Assembly (NCBI GenBank): GCA_964016885.1
Contig: OZ024758.1
Span: 6,014,001-6,078,000 of the forward strand
Length of the DNA: 64,000 nt
Direction of reading: 5' to 3'
Source of the DNA: Eledone cirrhosa
Lineage: Eukaryota
Below are positions 46,347 to 60,189 of the stretch, piece after piece. The notes below the pieces were generated by a model. The model worked only from the letters and a program-made list of their open reading frames with translations. It made no database searches and had not been told where the DNA came from. Positions within the stretch are counted from its first letter, which is position 1. The number at the start of each line of letters is the position of its first letter. The position numbers were made by a program, and so were the translations under genes.

Positions 46347-46395
46347 CTTCCTGATGATTTCTCCCGAATGAAACTGTTCTAGTCCTGTAGAAGCC
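46345..46395 (+). ncRNA. Type I hammerhead ribozyme motif (Penelope-like)
   Basis: ggcttc-CTGATGA-tttctcccgaat-GAAAC-tgttctagtcct-GTA-gaagcc; stem I ggcttc/gaagcc. Confidence 0.6.
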
Positions 46396-46686
46396 ATTTC
46401 TATATTAAATATTTATACTCTGCTCTGTATTGAGTACCTTACTTACTGTGGTCATCCCCGATTGAACCCAGGATAAACACACACACACATATATATCTAT
46501 ATCTATATATATCGGAATCAGGGGAGTACGTGGCTCTGAGGAACGCCAGCCAGCGCGAGCTTCTCTCTTTCTTTCGCTGAAAAGAAGTAAGTGACATAGT
46601 CACTACTTTAAAACTGATAGCGTATGGTCTTCTAAATGTTTTTAATCAAACATACGGTATATTGCCAAATATACTATACATACATT

Positions 46687-46806
<120 letters not shown>

Positions 46807-46808
46807 TA

Positions 46809-47749
46809 TGTTTCTTTTATTTGCCACCAGGGCATCAAAAGTGGGACAAGTACAATGGGGGGAGTTTACAAAACAAGGCGTCCTCAATAAGGAGGAGGCA
46901 ATAACAATATATAAAAATAAAATAAAATATAACAAAAAATAAAATTTATAACAAAGTCCTCAATAGAGAGGAGGCGCCTTGGGGGTCGCACACACCCCCG
47001 AAAAAAGTGTGCAACCCTTCTCCTCAGGAGCACAGAGAAGGGGTGCTCCCTTGGTCTTTCATCTTCCTCACCTATAGTCTGATGTAGAGTGAAGGCCCAT
47101 TCACACGGGCCATTCTCGCCACTTTCACCCATCTTTCATAGAAACGGCTGGGGTGCAGCACCTCTCTCTCCATCCTGATCCTTCTTCCGAAATGATATCG
47201 GAAGAAACGGACCAGTTGTTGGCCAGAGAGAAAGGTGTCTGACCTCAGTCCTTTCAGACGCGTCCACCATACAACCTCTTTCGCCATGGCTATTACGCAC
47301 AGAAACACCGCCTCTCCTTCGTTTTTGAAGAGGGGAGGCGGCTTGATCGTTACAATAGACTCGGTGGTCAACCGGATTGGTCCCACCCTTGACAGCAGTT
47401 GTTCGACATAACCCCACAGATCGGCAATGCCCGAGCAGTGTACCAATGCGTGTGCAACGGTTTCCTCGTCGCACACGCATCTGGGACAGATCTTTTTCGA
47501 TGGGTCCCTACCCGGGCGCCCGTGTCTGTAGAGCCTTTCTCGAACGGGCAGAGCCCTTCTGTAGCATTGCCAGGCCAGGGACCTCTGGAAGTTATCCATG
47601 GGTCCCGGGCTGAATATCCTACCGAACAGGTTGGCCAGTTCATCTTCTTCCATGCCTAGGGCTTCTCCGAGGGCGTCGTCGCACCTGCTAACCACCAGCC
47701 CTCTATAGAATGACGAGGTGGATTCTCCACTGACAGCCGGGTCCGCCTG
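46809..47749 (-). mobile_element. 5'-truncated Tx1/L1-clade LINE (zinc-knuckle C-terminus plus 3'UTR)
   Basis: LAWQCYRRALPVRERL...CPRCVCDEETVAHALVHC (zf-RVT/CCHC); ends in aataaaagaaaca next to (TC)n; related 3' tail at ~61748-61935. Confidence 0.85.
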
Positions 47750-47751
47750 AT

Positions 47752-47784
<33 letters not shown>

Positions 47785-48299
47785 CAGAGAGAGAGAGAGA
47801 GAGATTTTGCATGAGAAAAAAATGCAGAAAAAAGATGTAGAAAAAAAAAAGAAAATACAGAGTTCTAGGCCTGAAATGTTTCTCTTTCAGTGTTTCCTGC
47901 CAAAATCTTCTAAATCTACTCCAAGTAGAATTAAACAAAGTAAAGTTGTCCAATGACCTAATTATTCGAGTGTGGCAACTGAAACATATAAAACATACTT
48001 TTCTGTATGTTTTAACTAGGCTAGAGGATCGTCGAGAACACTGATTATTGTTTACATTACACTTCCTCTCTTTATCTCTTCCTCTCTTCATCCCTTTCTC
48101 TCTTCCCCTCTTGCCACTGAACCAATAAACTGGGATGAGGGGAGTAATTAAGATAATTAATAAAACAATAATCATCAGCAATGTCAAAACTTAGTAAGAA
48201 ACCAGACTAAATAATTGTTTCTACTTTTGGCACAAGGCCAGCAATTATCCCAGTGTATTACTGGTACTTTATTTTATCCTCCTCCTTCGCCCATTTATT

Positions 48300-48485
48300 A
48301 AGAGAGTCATGGAGGCAAAGTACTGAAGCACTGCTTCCAAAGGGTCCTGTCAGAAGCAACCGGCTGCAATGGATTCGGTTGGATCTCCAAGTGAGATCGG
48401 CCGATCTCATGGATGTTATCGAACCATCTTCCTTGGGCCTCTACGCCTGGGTCTCCTCCCGGTCGGTTTTTCCCGTAAAATAGTT
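48300..48485 (-). mobile_element. RTE-type LINE 3' fragment (related pieces at ~39290-39370 - and ~49880-50040 +)
   Basis: GKRP...RWFDNIHE...ASDRTLWK-type C-terminal motif; 49880 copy reads RPRARWLDNIHE. Confidence 0.6.
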
Positions 48486-48704
48486 CTTTCGTCGCACATT
48501 CTGTGATCTCCTCAATGACTATCTGTTCTCATTGGTGTCTCCTCTTTTTTTCTGGTCTTAATATATCAAATTTCACCATTAATGTATTAGTGTTAACTCC
48601 CCTTACATATAACACATTAAGTGAGCACAATGATCTGTAATTGTAGTTGATATTATTATTGTTGATTGTGATATTTAATGTCTTATATTTTTCATGTTCT
48701 TCAG

Positions 48705-48848
48705 AGCTCTACGACAGTTTCTCGTTATTTGATCGAAATGGAGATGGTGTAATTACTATTGATGAGATTGGAACTGTAATGATGTCACTTGGACAAAGAC
48801 CGACAAGAGACGAGTTAAGGGCTCTACTTCATAACGTCGATATAAACC
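48705..48848 (+). CDS. Calmodulin-like gene exon, EF1 and start of EF2: ELYDSFSLFDRNGDGVITIDEIGTVMMSLGQRPTRDELRALLHNVDIN
   Basis: ttcttcag|AG...AAACC|gtaagt; 144 nt, same size and phase as the homologous calmodulin exon. Confidence 0.93.
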
Positions 48849-48860
48849 GTAAGTACTATT

Positions 48861-49015
48861 TACCGTATTTCCCGGCACCGAAGACGCACCCTAATTTTGA
48901 CAACCAAAAATTTGAAAAAAAATAATAAACAACTTTCGGCCTCTCGGACGCATGGTAGATTTTTTAGACTTGTTTTAGGAAAAAAGTAGCGTCTAAGACG
49001 CCGGGAAATACAGTA
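48861..49015. mobile_element. Tc2/pogo-type MITE 12 bp downstream of the donor (half copy at ~26930-27027)
   Basis: TIRs TACCGTATTTCCCGGC / GCCGGGAAATACAGTA. Confidence 0.75.
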
Positions 49016-50191
49016 CTTACGATGGGCTACGCAAGGTTTTTCAAAAATACCCTAGATATGCCGTATCTCAATGTGGCGCCCCTACGACTCCCCCAGAAGT
49101 TTCGGCCCCCAAAACAATATTTCCTTAATGAACGTAAGCATAGCTGAACAGTTAAGAAGTAAAGTTCATAATAATTGTTACTACTTTTGGCACAAGGCCA
49201 GTAATTACCCCAGTGCATTACTGGTGCTTTATATTTATCGACCTCGTAAGGTTGACAGGCAAAGAACCTCGGCGGGATTCGAACTCAGAATGTAAAGGGC
49301 AATAACTCAACGCTGCAAAGCATGGTATTTGACGCCCTACCGATACTGCTAATTCACCTACAAATAATGAGCTTCCTATCTCCTGTGAAATGCGTGGCAT
49401 CTTGAGTAAGAATCTCTGAGTAAGAAATTTAAGTCCGGAAACTGCTGGAAATGCGGAGATAAGTTAAACTGTTAATATATGTATATATACAACCTTAACC
49501 TCCGTATCCCAAAGTTCATTCTCAAGGTATTGGTCAACCGAAGTCTATAGAAGGTGTCAGGCTGTAGGACTGAACCCGAAAGCTGGTGGCTGCTAAGTAA
49601 ATTCCATAAGCCCACAACCATAGCTCTATTTCTTTGGCTGTTTTAAACTTCTACTTCTCTTTGTTCTGATCTTTCCTCTATTTCTTCTATTTCTTCTATT
49701 TCTTCTATTTCTTCTATTTCCTCTATTTCTTCTATTTCCTCTATTTCCTCTATTTCCTCTATTTCTTCTATTTCTTCTATTTCTTCTTCTCCTCTTTCTT
49801 CTTTAGAGGGTCGTGGGGGCAGAGTCATCAAGCACGCTTTCCAGCGGTTGTCTCAGGAAAAAAAATCGCTGGACAGATTTTATCGAGAAGACCAACCGGA
49901 AAGAAAGATAGGAATAGACCCCGAGCAAGATGGTTGGATAACATCCATGAGTTTGGCTGGTCTCACATGACGATCTAGCTGGATCAATTAGAGACGATTG
50001 CTTCTGACAGAACCCACTAGAAAGCGTGCTTCATATCTGTTTGACTATGCATTTTTCTTTCCTCATCTTTATCTCCCTTGTACCCTTTTAACCGTATGTT
50101 CTGTCTCCTCTCTCATGGCAATATTTTCATTAGCTTCTTATATATTTTATAATATTTCTACTTTGGTCTGATGCCGGATTCTTACCTCAAG

Positions 50192-50367
50192 ACAGCGGAA
50201 ACATTGACTTTGGAGAATTTCTAGAAATATTTGCTAGAAAGCTGAACATCGACCCGGAAAAGGAATTACACGAAATTTTCTGTGTTTTTGATCAAAATAA
50301 AGATGGCTACATCTCAGCTGTGGAATTATTTGAAGTTCTGTCACGGTTAGGTGAACATATCACTAAG
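50192..50367 (+). CDS. Calmodulin-like gene exon, EF2 to EF3: HSGNIDFGEFLEIFARKLNIDPEKELHEIFCVFDQNKDGYISAVELFEVLSRLGEHITK
   Basis: cttacctcaag|AC...ACTAAG|gttagt; phase 1 to 0; continuous calmodulin alignment. Confidence 0.92.
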
Positions 50368-51023
50368 GTTAGTAGTGTTTTATACAGTTGCAAATTAAGC
50401 TTCTCTTGTGTTTTTGCTTAATTAAATAACTCGAAAGCAAAACAAATCAAAATTCCGCGTGAAAATGCGCATATATATATATATGTATATATATGTACGG
50501 AGAGAGAGAGAGAGATGACAAGAATATAAAACTGAAAAACACATTAATATCACGCTTAGAAGGAAGTAGAAAAGGATTTGACGTTTCGGACACAAGTCCT
50601 TCCTCGGGAAATGGAGAGTTCGCAAAGTGAGAGAGAGAGAGAGAGAGAGCAACGGAATTTCGAAACAAAAAAGGTTTTAAGACGGCTGCGGTTAGTAGAC
50701 ATGGTAGGGGAGGAGGAAAGGAGAAGGTAACAGGGGGAAACACATTGGTGGGAAAGGTGTTTGAGTAGGGTTGTGGGGGATTAAGGCAGTGCACGAACAG
50801 TTAAAAGGTGCAGCAATTCAAAGACAAGTTAAACCCCCAACCATCTTAACAACCTTTTCCAAACTATTATGTACCTACATGTACTCTCCCTATCCGAATT
50901 TTCCAATTCCTAACGAAGGACATCTCTCCGAAGCGCCGAACTATCCTCACTTACCCCTAAGCGGGATCCTAATAAGACTTTGTGTTTTTGCATCCCTGTG
51001 TCTATTTTGTCTTTATCTGTTAT

Positions 51024-51059
<36 letters not shown>

Positions 51060-51120
51060 GTGTGTGTGTAACTCCTATGGGTCACCTTGAGCCAACTCTC
51101 TGCGAAACGCGCGTAATACG

Positions 51121-51163
<43 letters not shown>

Positions 51164-51396
51164 GAAAAGAGTCAAAACCCCGACGACTGAGCTCCGGCCG
51201 TTTCTAAGCCGGCAGTATCACAAAGAGTGATAGGAGGAGAGAAATATCAAATTATTTCTCACACTGTATGGCGATTTATCTACCTTATGGCATCTTTCTC
51301 CCAGCTACTACAAGATAAGTCACCATATTTAGAACCTGCATTACTTCCACTACTCTGCATACCCCCCCCCCCTTACCGACACACACACACACACAC

Positions 51397-51455
<59 letters not shown>

Positions 51456-51630
51456 GAGTAAAACCCAGACGGCTGAGCTCAAGCCGTTTCGGCGGCTAAT
51501 GAGATCAGCCGTCGGGGTCTTACTCGTTCCTATTACCCACTCTCTATATATATAACGAAGGAAATGTGGTAAGGAACCAGGTGACCATAACGCACCAAAG
51601 TACTCAATACTTAGGGTAGTAGAGTAGGTA

Positions 51631-51753
51631 ATAGGAACCAGTAAGACCCCGACGGCTGAGCTCAAGCCGTTTCGACGGCTAATTCTGGACTAAATTTAGT
51701 CCAGAATTAGCCGTCGAAACGGCTTGAGCTCAGCCGTCGGGGTCTTACTGGTT

Positions 51754-51758
<5 letters not shown>
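51631..51758. mobile_element. 128-bp perfect palindrome of a Penelope-like repeat family (other copies 8186-8346, 17777-17980, 35309-35504, 56232-56403; half copies 18559, 22286, 42945, 51165, 61203)
   Basis: gaccccgacggctgagctcaagccgtttcgacggctaattctggactaaa|tttagtccagaattagccgtcgaaacggcttgagctcagccgtcggggtc; (TA)n flanks. Confidence 0.7.
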
Positions 51759-51793
<35 letters not shown>

Positions 51794-52073
51794 TCTGCTT
51801 AATGTCACCAACAACTAAAGCTCTGCTTATTACTACAAGAAGGCGGTTGGTCCGCCAACATCTTCGGTCAGTGCATTCTTCAGTTGAACCCTTATCTCAG
51901 CGAATTCTTAAAATAAGTTTCTGCATTTATTTATATATTTATATCCCTGCTTGTAGAAAGTAAACACGTGACAGTGTATCTCTCTATGTTAGCCACCGGC
52001 AAACTTATAGTGTGTGTATATATTTATATATATACGCATACACACACGCATACACGCGCACGCACACACGCAC

Positions 52074-52104
<31 letters not shown>

Positions 52105-52213
52105 CATACATACACACATATATATACATATATGCATACAAACACACCCACACACACATACACACATATATATATACATATATATACACACACACATATA
52201 TATACATATATGC

Positions 52214-52248
<35 letters not shown>

Positions 52249-52332
52249 CACGCACATATATATATACATATATATATATATGTACACACACACACACACA
52301 TATGTATGTATGTATGTATATGTGCGTATGTA

Positions 52333-52385
<53 letters not shown>

Positions 52386-52579
52386 CCATATAGGTTTTAA
52401 TGTATTTTGTCTTTGTAGCGAGTGAGTAAATGTCACCAATGATAAAAATCTAGAAACATCTGTCTGGCATTCTCACCACTTCTGAGATTGCACTTACGCA
52501 TGCGTGGTTTTCCTTCAGGCAACTATCATAATATATATACATACATACATATGACATAAATATATATATATATATATAT

Positions 52580-52692
<113 letters not shown>

Positions 52693-52701
52693 TGTGTGTG
52701 T

Positions 52702-52803
<102 letters not shown>

Positions 52804-52877
52804 GCGCGCGCGCGCGCGCGATTATATAGCCGTTCTGCAACTACGTTATTAAAGCTCTGTCTTTTTATCCTTTTCAG

Positions 52878-52941
52878 GACGAAGTAGAAGTAATGGTGAA
52901 AGAAGCCGACTTAAATGGCGATGGCCAGGTTGATTATCATG
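52878..52941 (+). CDS. Calmodulin-like gene exon, EF4: [21 protein letters not shown]
   Basis: ccttttcag|GAC...CATG|gtgagt; phase 0 to 1. Confidence 0.93.
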
Positions 52942-55398
52942 GTGAGTACTGAGTGACTTTAATTTAATTATATTCAGACATTTACGCTCTGTTCATTTTG
53001 TAACTTTTGGATACCATCCCATTTTGGGGAATCTCTGTGTTAAATCTACTTTATGTAAATGATTATATATCTGGAAACAGAACTGTTAGTCTCTTAGCAA
53101 TATTTTGTGTGTATTTGACACAATATATATTTGCTGCAATAGAATGCTTTGGTAACTCATTTGTTGTTCCGTTAGTTTTTGGCAGTAGTATATATACTTG
53201 TTGGATGCCCTTCCTAACAACAGCACCACCTTACAGCATGGACTGGCTGCTTTTATCCGTGCCACCAGCACTAGAGAGGTTGTCTTAGTGGACTCAGGGG
53301 CCCTCTCTACTCCTCCACTTTACAGCATGGAATAGGTGCTTTTATTCTTGCCACCAGCACTAGAGAGATCGTCTTACTGGACTCAGGGGCCCTATCCACC
53401 CCTCTATTTTTACAGCATGCTAACAATAGTGGTCTTTTATATAGGCACAAGGCCAACAATTTTGGGGGAGGGGAAAGTCGATTAAATCGACCCCAGTGCG
53501 TTACTGGTATTTTATTTTATCGATACCCTAAGGATGAAAGGCAAAGTTAACCTCGGCGAGATTTGAACTAAGATCATAAAGGACCGTATCTCTATGCTGC
53601 AAAACATGTTCTCCCGACGCCCTACCGATACTGCCAACCCACCGCCCTTACTATATTAACAATAGTAGCACTAATTCTAACTATCCTAATTCTAACTAAC
53701 CCTAACCATGATTATGGTTTTCACGCATTCAACGTTTAACATCGTTCTACACCTTTACATCTACCTAACCCAACAATAAAATACTAAACGTATACCATTT
53801 AAAATAAGTTTTCTCCCGTTTAATGTATTTTATGACATTCTAGTTGCTCCCTGTAGCTTACTCTTCTTATTTTACAATGCGCCACATGCATCACAGAAAA
53901 CTACACAATCCACTTTATATTTGATACAATATTTATTTGACATAATATGTAGCTGAGACAATATCTATTTTATACAATATCTATTTTATACAATATATAT
54001 TTGACACAATATCTATTTTATATAATATGTATTAGAGAGAGAGAGAGAGAGAGGGATAGAGAGGGGGTGAAAGAGTGAGAGAGAGAAAGAATTCAATCTC
54101 TCTCTCCCTCACTATATATATATATATATACATATATACACACAAACACACACACACGTGTGTGGTGTGTGGTGTGTGGTGTGTGGTGTGTGGTGGGTGT
54201 GTGTGTGGTGTGTGTGTGTGTAAAAATTTATTTAGAGAAATCAGTGCAAGTGGTTTTTAGCTTCAGGAAAATGAAATCCAGTTAGTACAATTACTGACTA
54301 GCTGATGCAAGGGAGATAATTCTCATTCCCTTAAAAATGATAGTTTCTTTATATTTGTCACATCACCGTTTTAATTTCATCTTAGATCAACTATAATCAT
54401 ATGAAATAGTTCATATATTAAACCAGCAACTGTCGTCTGCAGGAATATAAAAGACACGGAAGATAAGTTTACAACCGAACTGCCAAACAACACGAAAACT
54501 ATTGCTACATATACAAAATGAACCGTGTTTTAGAAAGTTCCTAAACTCGTTTCTAATGTTAAAACTCGAAATTCTGATGCTGTCCTGACATATACAGAGC
54601 TTCCGTTATAATTTTGGCATTGGAGGGGGCTTCAGTATATAAACTGTATATGTGTGTTATCATTATTAGCTCACGCCTTTTATCATCAATACTAGACTAA
54701 GAAAGAAATTAAAAACCTGATCATACTAACATATTTAGAGTCCATAGAAAACGAGTGTAGTAAAACTAAGGCACAAGTATATTGAAACAAATTATTGGAG
54801 GGTCTTAAGTCCCCAAAGCTGGAAGGCTTGACATATGGCATTACTAATACTACTGGACATCAAATAACTCATGCTAACCTCATACATATCACCAGTTGTT
54901 GATTCTTAACAATCTGAGGGGGACAAACCAACATGTTGATTCTTAAAGGAGAATAAATTGCTTATGGTGCCTTTCCCGGACCCTATCACATAAGTAACAT
55001 TTTATATATTCAAATGAAGTTCGGATCTAAAATAAAATAAGCTTAAAAAGAATTTATTATATCAAATAAACAAAAATAAAACATAGACGTTTGAAAAAGT
55101 GTGTCTATGTGTATGTGTGTGAGTGTGTGTGGGAGGGGGGTGTCCCTGGTACCCCCCCCCCCCCTGAAACATTACCAATAACGTTGAACACCTATCACCC
55201 GGTTTCATTTTCTGGTCCAGAATCCACTTTAGATGTAATCAACCGTTGACTTCCTACAGTTTCAGTGAGTACACACATATCATGCAGTATAGTTACGAGG
55301 GTGAAACTTTCATATGAATTTATTTAAATTGATTCAAATAATTTCATTTTTCAATATTCTAACATTTCTTTCTTTTTATTTTCTTATTTTCCTAACAG

Positions 55399-55448
55399 AA
55401 TTCAAATCTATTCTCAGTGGACATAAAACTTCAGTATCTTACCCGTAG
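55399..55448 (+). CDS. Calmodulin-like gene last coding exon: EFKSILSGHKTSVSYP*
   Basis: long pyrimidine tract ...ttttcctaacag|AATTC...CCGTAG; completes EF4 (E-F); AATAAA at 56011 and 56595. Confidence 0.85.
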
Positions 55449-56639
55449 TTCCAGACCAATAACAGGAAATTCTATTGAAATCCTACGTTTGTGACTTGGC
55501 AGGACAATTAATCTCCCTTCATCTCCCCCTCTCTTCCTCTTTTCCCTTCTTTTCTATCTTTAATTCTGTCTTTAAAAAAAAATATTTGATGCATCAATAC
55601 TTCTGAAATCGATGCAGACACGTCACGCTGTTTAAGAACGCTGTTAAAGATTTATACACTAAAACTATGGACTGTGGATATTTAATTCTGAAGGATAAAC
55701 AAATAGAACCACATACTTAATGTTCTCTAGGTAACATCTATCATAACTCTTGATGGTTGCTATGGATATTTCATACTACATCTTATTTTGATTATTATTT
55801 CATTATTATTATATATATTGAGTTCTCACATGACGAAATATTTACAAGAGAGAAGTATAGTGTGTGAGTCGAACCCAATATACGAAAGGATGAAAGGTAA
55901 AGATGCACTGATAACCAAAAGAAATGGAATGGGCTTTTATTTTGGCCCTTCACTGTTTCTGCAACTCCACTGCCATTTTTATATAACTCATTTCTATCAT
56001 CGTCAATTGTAATAAATTATGATTTATCACACAAATGCTTTAATGATTTCACACCTTGTTATCTCTTTTATATATTATATTGATTATGAAGATATTTGAG
56101 CTTTGAAATTAGTAAGGCGAAACTAAATATTGATCGACATTCGATCTAATGACATACCCTGTATTGACAAAGAAGTATTTCATTAATATAAAAATCTAAT
56201 TAAAAAAGTTACACCAGCATATATATATATATGAAAAATGTCAGGACCTCGACGGTTGAGCTCCGGCCGTTTCGACAACTAGATCTAACTGTCGAAACGG
56301 CCGGAGCTCAGCCGTCGGAGTCCTGACTGTTTTCCTATTACCCTAAGTATCGAGTACTCTGGTGCGTTATGGTCCACCTGGTATTTTACCACACCTTCTT
56401 TGTTATATATATATATATGCCACAAGTTCTTTGACAAAACAACACCATACTTCGGGACTGGGCATATCAAAAGATCGAAATAACAGAGGTAAACTTTGTT
56501 CCATTATAATGTTTTTCTATTTTGTTTTTATTTCTCTTCAAGTTCTAGCTGTCGAATAATGGTTATCATCGAAATATATATAACAGCGAATATGAATAAA
56601 CGAAGTTGATTTTAACCTGTTGACTTCTTATACTTCTTG

Positions 56640-56706
<67 letters not shown>

Positions 56707-57121
56707 GAGATAAAGACAGATATATACATATATGTGTCCATAGTTAGTATTTATTTCACCTTAGCGAATTTGGCTCCTTACGATTTGAACACATATATGT
56801 ATATATCCGTGTTAATCTCTTTTATATTCAATTATGATATACGGCTCGGAAAAATCTCTTTCCTAGAACTATTTTATTGTAAGAGACTATTTTGAATTTC
56901 TAACTCAATATATACCTTTGATATGGGTATATATATATATATATAACAGCTCAGAAGATCCTGTAAAATAACCCGAGAGATGGAAAAAGTGGCCACTTGC
57001 ACCTACGGAGAATGGAACACTGCATGTCTCGAATACCGTGCGAATACATTACCACTACACAAAGGTGTAACAACCTTTTTTACCACAAAATCTTTAGATG
57101 GTTACGTGCCTCTCGTTTAAA

Positions 57122-57153
<32 letters not shown>

Positions 57154-57658
57154 GTAGTAGCATACAATCACTACGACCACATCACCACCACTATCATCAC
57201 CACCACAACCACTACTACTACCACCACCACAACTACCACTACACCACCACAACCATCACAACCACCACCAACACCACCACCACTTTCCAAACATAGACAT
57301 CCCCTACAATATGGATATTTTAATTGACAAGTGATGGTCAGCCGACGACGTTGACGATAGCGAAATAATTTATGGGATTTCTCATCTTGATTTTCATGGC
57401 TCGTCAGAAATATGAAACTCCCGCTTATGACATGTTATCCTGTCCATGGAATTGATACTTTGTTGACGTCGTTAGATAAACGTTTGTAACATCGCCACTC
57501 ATTTATTAATTATTTGTCAGAAACAACACAGCTGTCATCTTCGTCCGTTAGATACGGACGATTTACATTTCTCGTTTATCTTGTCTCTATCTCTGTCGGA
57601 CTGTCTCTCTGTCCCTGTCTCCCTCTAGCCCACCCACGCTCCATCTCTCTCTCTCTCT

Positions 57659-57711
<53 letters not shown>

Positions 57712-58362
57712 CCCTCCCCTTCTCTTTAGCTCAACCTCTCCATCTCTCTTCCTTTAGATTTCTCATTTACCGTTGTCTCTATCTCTATCGGACTATATAT
57801 ATCTCTCTCTCTCTCTCTCTCCCTCTTTCACACACCCTCTCACTCTTCCTCTCCATTCTCTCCCTCCCTTTAACTCCAACTCTTTAACCCCCCCTCCTCC
57901 CAGTCCTCTCCCTCTCTTCCTTGTAGATATTTGCCACTGTCTTTACTCTTTCTTCCATGTTCCTATATTCTCTTCCCTTTCCTCTTCCAAATATAAATCC
58001 TATATGTAAACATATATCTACACGCTGAATCACGCATAAACACGTACATACACACATACATATCTACATAAGCATACTTATATAGAGAATTGGATTCACA
58101 ATATTGAGGTTGTGAGTTCGATTCCAGGACCGGGCGATGTATTATGTCCTTGAGCAAGACACTTTATTTCACGTTGTTCTTTTACCTGGAGTTGCGACCG
58201 ATAGATAGTATTAGCCACTGGAAAGACCGACGAAAACATTGTTTCCTCGGTCCGATTTGACGAAAGTCGATCGATCGTTTATTTATTTTTTATACATATA
58301 CATGCATAGATACACACACACACACACATCAATGTGTTACCATTACACCAACACGCGTGAGT

Positions 58363-58433
58363 GGCGTGTTGGTGTAATGGTAACACATTGGTCCGGCAAA
58401 CCAAAGATGTGGGTTTGTTTCCCATGTACGTCA
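58363..58433 (+). pseudogene. tRNA-like cloverleaf with GGC at the anticodon position and a degenerate T-loop
   Basis: Acceptor GGCGTGT/GTACGTC, D stem GTGT/ACAC, anticodon stem TTGGT/ACCAA with loop CCGGCAA, T stem GTGGG/CCCAT with loop TTTGTTT. Confidence 0.55.
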
Positions 58434-59107
58434 ATACTCATCCTTTTATGCATTATGAGTTTTTTTTTTTAAATCCCAACTAGCAGACTAATTCTATTTG
58501 GTCAGATACGGCGTAGCACATGTTACTACCTAATTTTATATATATGTATATATATATATTATATATTGGCAGTATCGGTAGAGGGTCGGAGGCCATGCTT
58601 TCCAGCATAGAGTTACGTCCCTTTACGATCTGAGTCCAAATCCCGCCGAGGTTGACTTTGTTTTTCATCCTTACGGGGTCGATAAAATAAAGTACCAGTA
58701 ATGCACTGGGTAATTGCTGGCTTTGAGCCTAACGTAGAAACATTTATATATATATATATATATTAAGATAAACAGAACAAGTAAAATTCAATCAATTCTT
58801 TAAAATACATTAAAAAATATAATATAAATATTTACCTCTCCTAGTGGCCCTTACTGATCAGTTTTGTTTTGTAAAACCTCATAAATCCGATGGATTTCTG
58901 ATGGAAAACCAAAGCTCATCAGAGAAGCATTTTCCTTTCCTAGGGCTAAACGTCCCAGGAACGACAAAATATATGACCTCCTGCCAGCAAATAAAGGTCT
59001 GAAAGGTCGTAAAGTTCTGGTGTATCAAATTAATACCATTGAACAACCTTGAATCATAGACAACCTATGTATTTCTAGGGGTACCTAGTATCCTTGGACA
59101 TATTAAC

Positions 59108-59155
<48 letters not shown>

Positions 59156-59308
59156 AAAGTTCTATTTAAATTGTTGGGATACAACAAGCAAATATTTTTA
59201 TAACTGATATAAAGCACTCAACAAGTATACTTGAAATATGTATATCCTTGAAATATGTATAATAAAATAGATATGGTTTTATAAATATAGTTTCCATTTG
59301 TTAATATC

Positions 59309-59349
<41 letters not shown>

Positions 59350-59352
<3 letters not shown>

Positions 59353-59890
59353 GATGGGGTTTCAAAAAGGTTCGTGGAAAAAGTACATAGCTAAAAATCA
59401 TATGCAGGTATTTTGATCTCAATGCACCTTCTCGTAATAACGCGTCATAACATGTTCTAACATAAAACCTTAAATGCATGTTGCAATATAGCACCGCCAG
59501 TCGGAAGTTTCGAACAGCATGGCTTCCAGAAAAAAAACATCAAATTCGTGGTGAAGCTAGGGTGGAAGAGCAGCCAAAATGATTAACGTTCTGGAGCAAG
59601 TTTATGGGGACAGACAATACCTGAAAAAAAATCAACAACCTACAAATGGATAAGTCGTTTTAGAAGTGGAAAAGATGAGGTTGAAGATGATCCCCAGTTG
59701 AAGATGTTAAAAAAGGTGCTTTGACATGGTGTAAATCACATGGCCGTCAGTTTTACACAGATGGACTTAAAGGCTGGTATTAATGCTTGCAGAAGTTTAT
59801 TGACTTAGGTGGAGTATATGTTGAAAAATAAACATACTAACTTAAACCTCTTTTTCCTACTGTCCTTTTTCCACGAACTTTTTGAAGCAC

Positions 59891-59896
<6 letters not shown>
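59350..59896 (+). mobile_element. Internally deleted mariner (Hsmar2/irritans-like) element
   Basis: TIRs ACGATGGGGTTTCAAAAAGGTTCGTGGAAAAAG / CTTTTTCCACGAACTTTTTGAAGCAC in (TA)n; transposase remnants IKFVVKLGW, YKWISRFRSG, FIDLGGVYVEK*. Confidence 0.85.
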
Positions 59897-59934
<38 letters not shown>

Positions 59935-60085
59935 GTATAGACAATTGGAAAATATATATATAAGGACAGTTGGAAAATATATATATATATATATATTTAT
60001 CCTGAGTTCAATCGGGGGTAATCACAGTAAGTAAGGTACCCAATACATAGTAGAGTATAAATATTTAAATATTTAATATAGAAAT

Positions 60086-60178
60086 GGCTTCTACAGGACT
60101 AGAACTCTTTCATTCGGGAGAAATCATCAGGAAGCCCTGATGATTTCTGCCGAATGAAACATTTTTAGTCCTGTAGAA
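60086..60178. mobile_element. Inverted pair of Penelope-like hammerhead motifs
   Basis: Minus copy 60086-60136 and plus copy CTGATGA...GAAAC...GTA at 60137-60178; same family as 41243 and 46345. Confidence 0.55.
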
Positions 60179-60189
60179 AATATTTCTAT

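Noticed and set aside
47750-48187. N-terminal half of the 371-aa ORF
   Set aside because: Read-through across microsatellite and intron sequence; only the part below ~47749 is LINE-derived.
49643-49831. (EEI)n ORF on the minus strand
   Set aside because: 9-bp ttcttctat tandem repeat in an intron; no splice support.
54690-54960. Possible second R4-like 3' remnant
   Set aside because: Too degenerate to support a call by eye.
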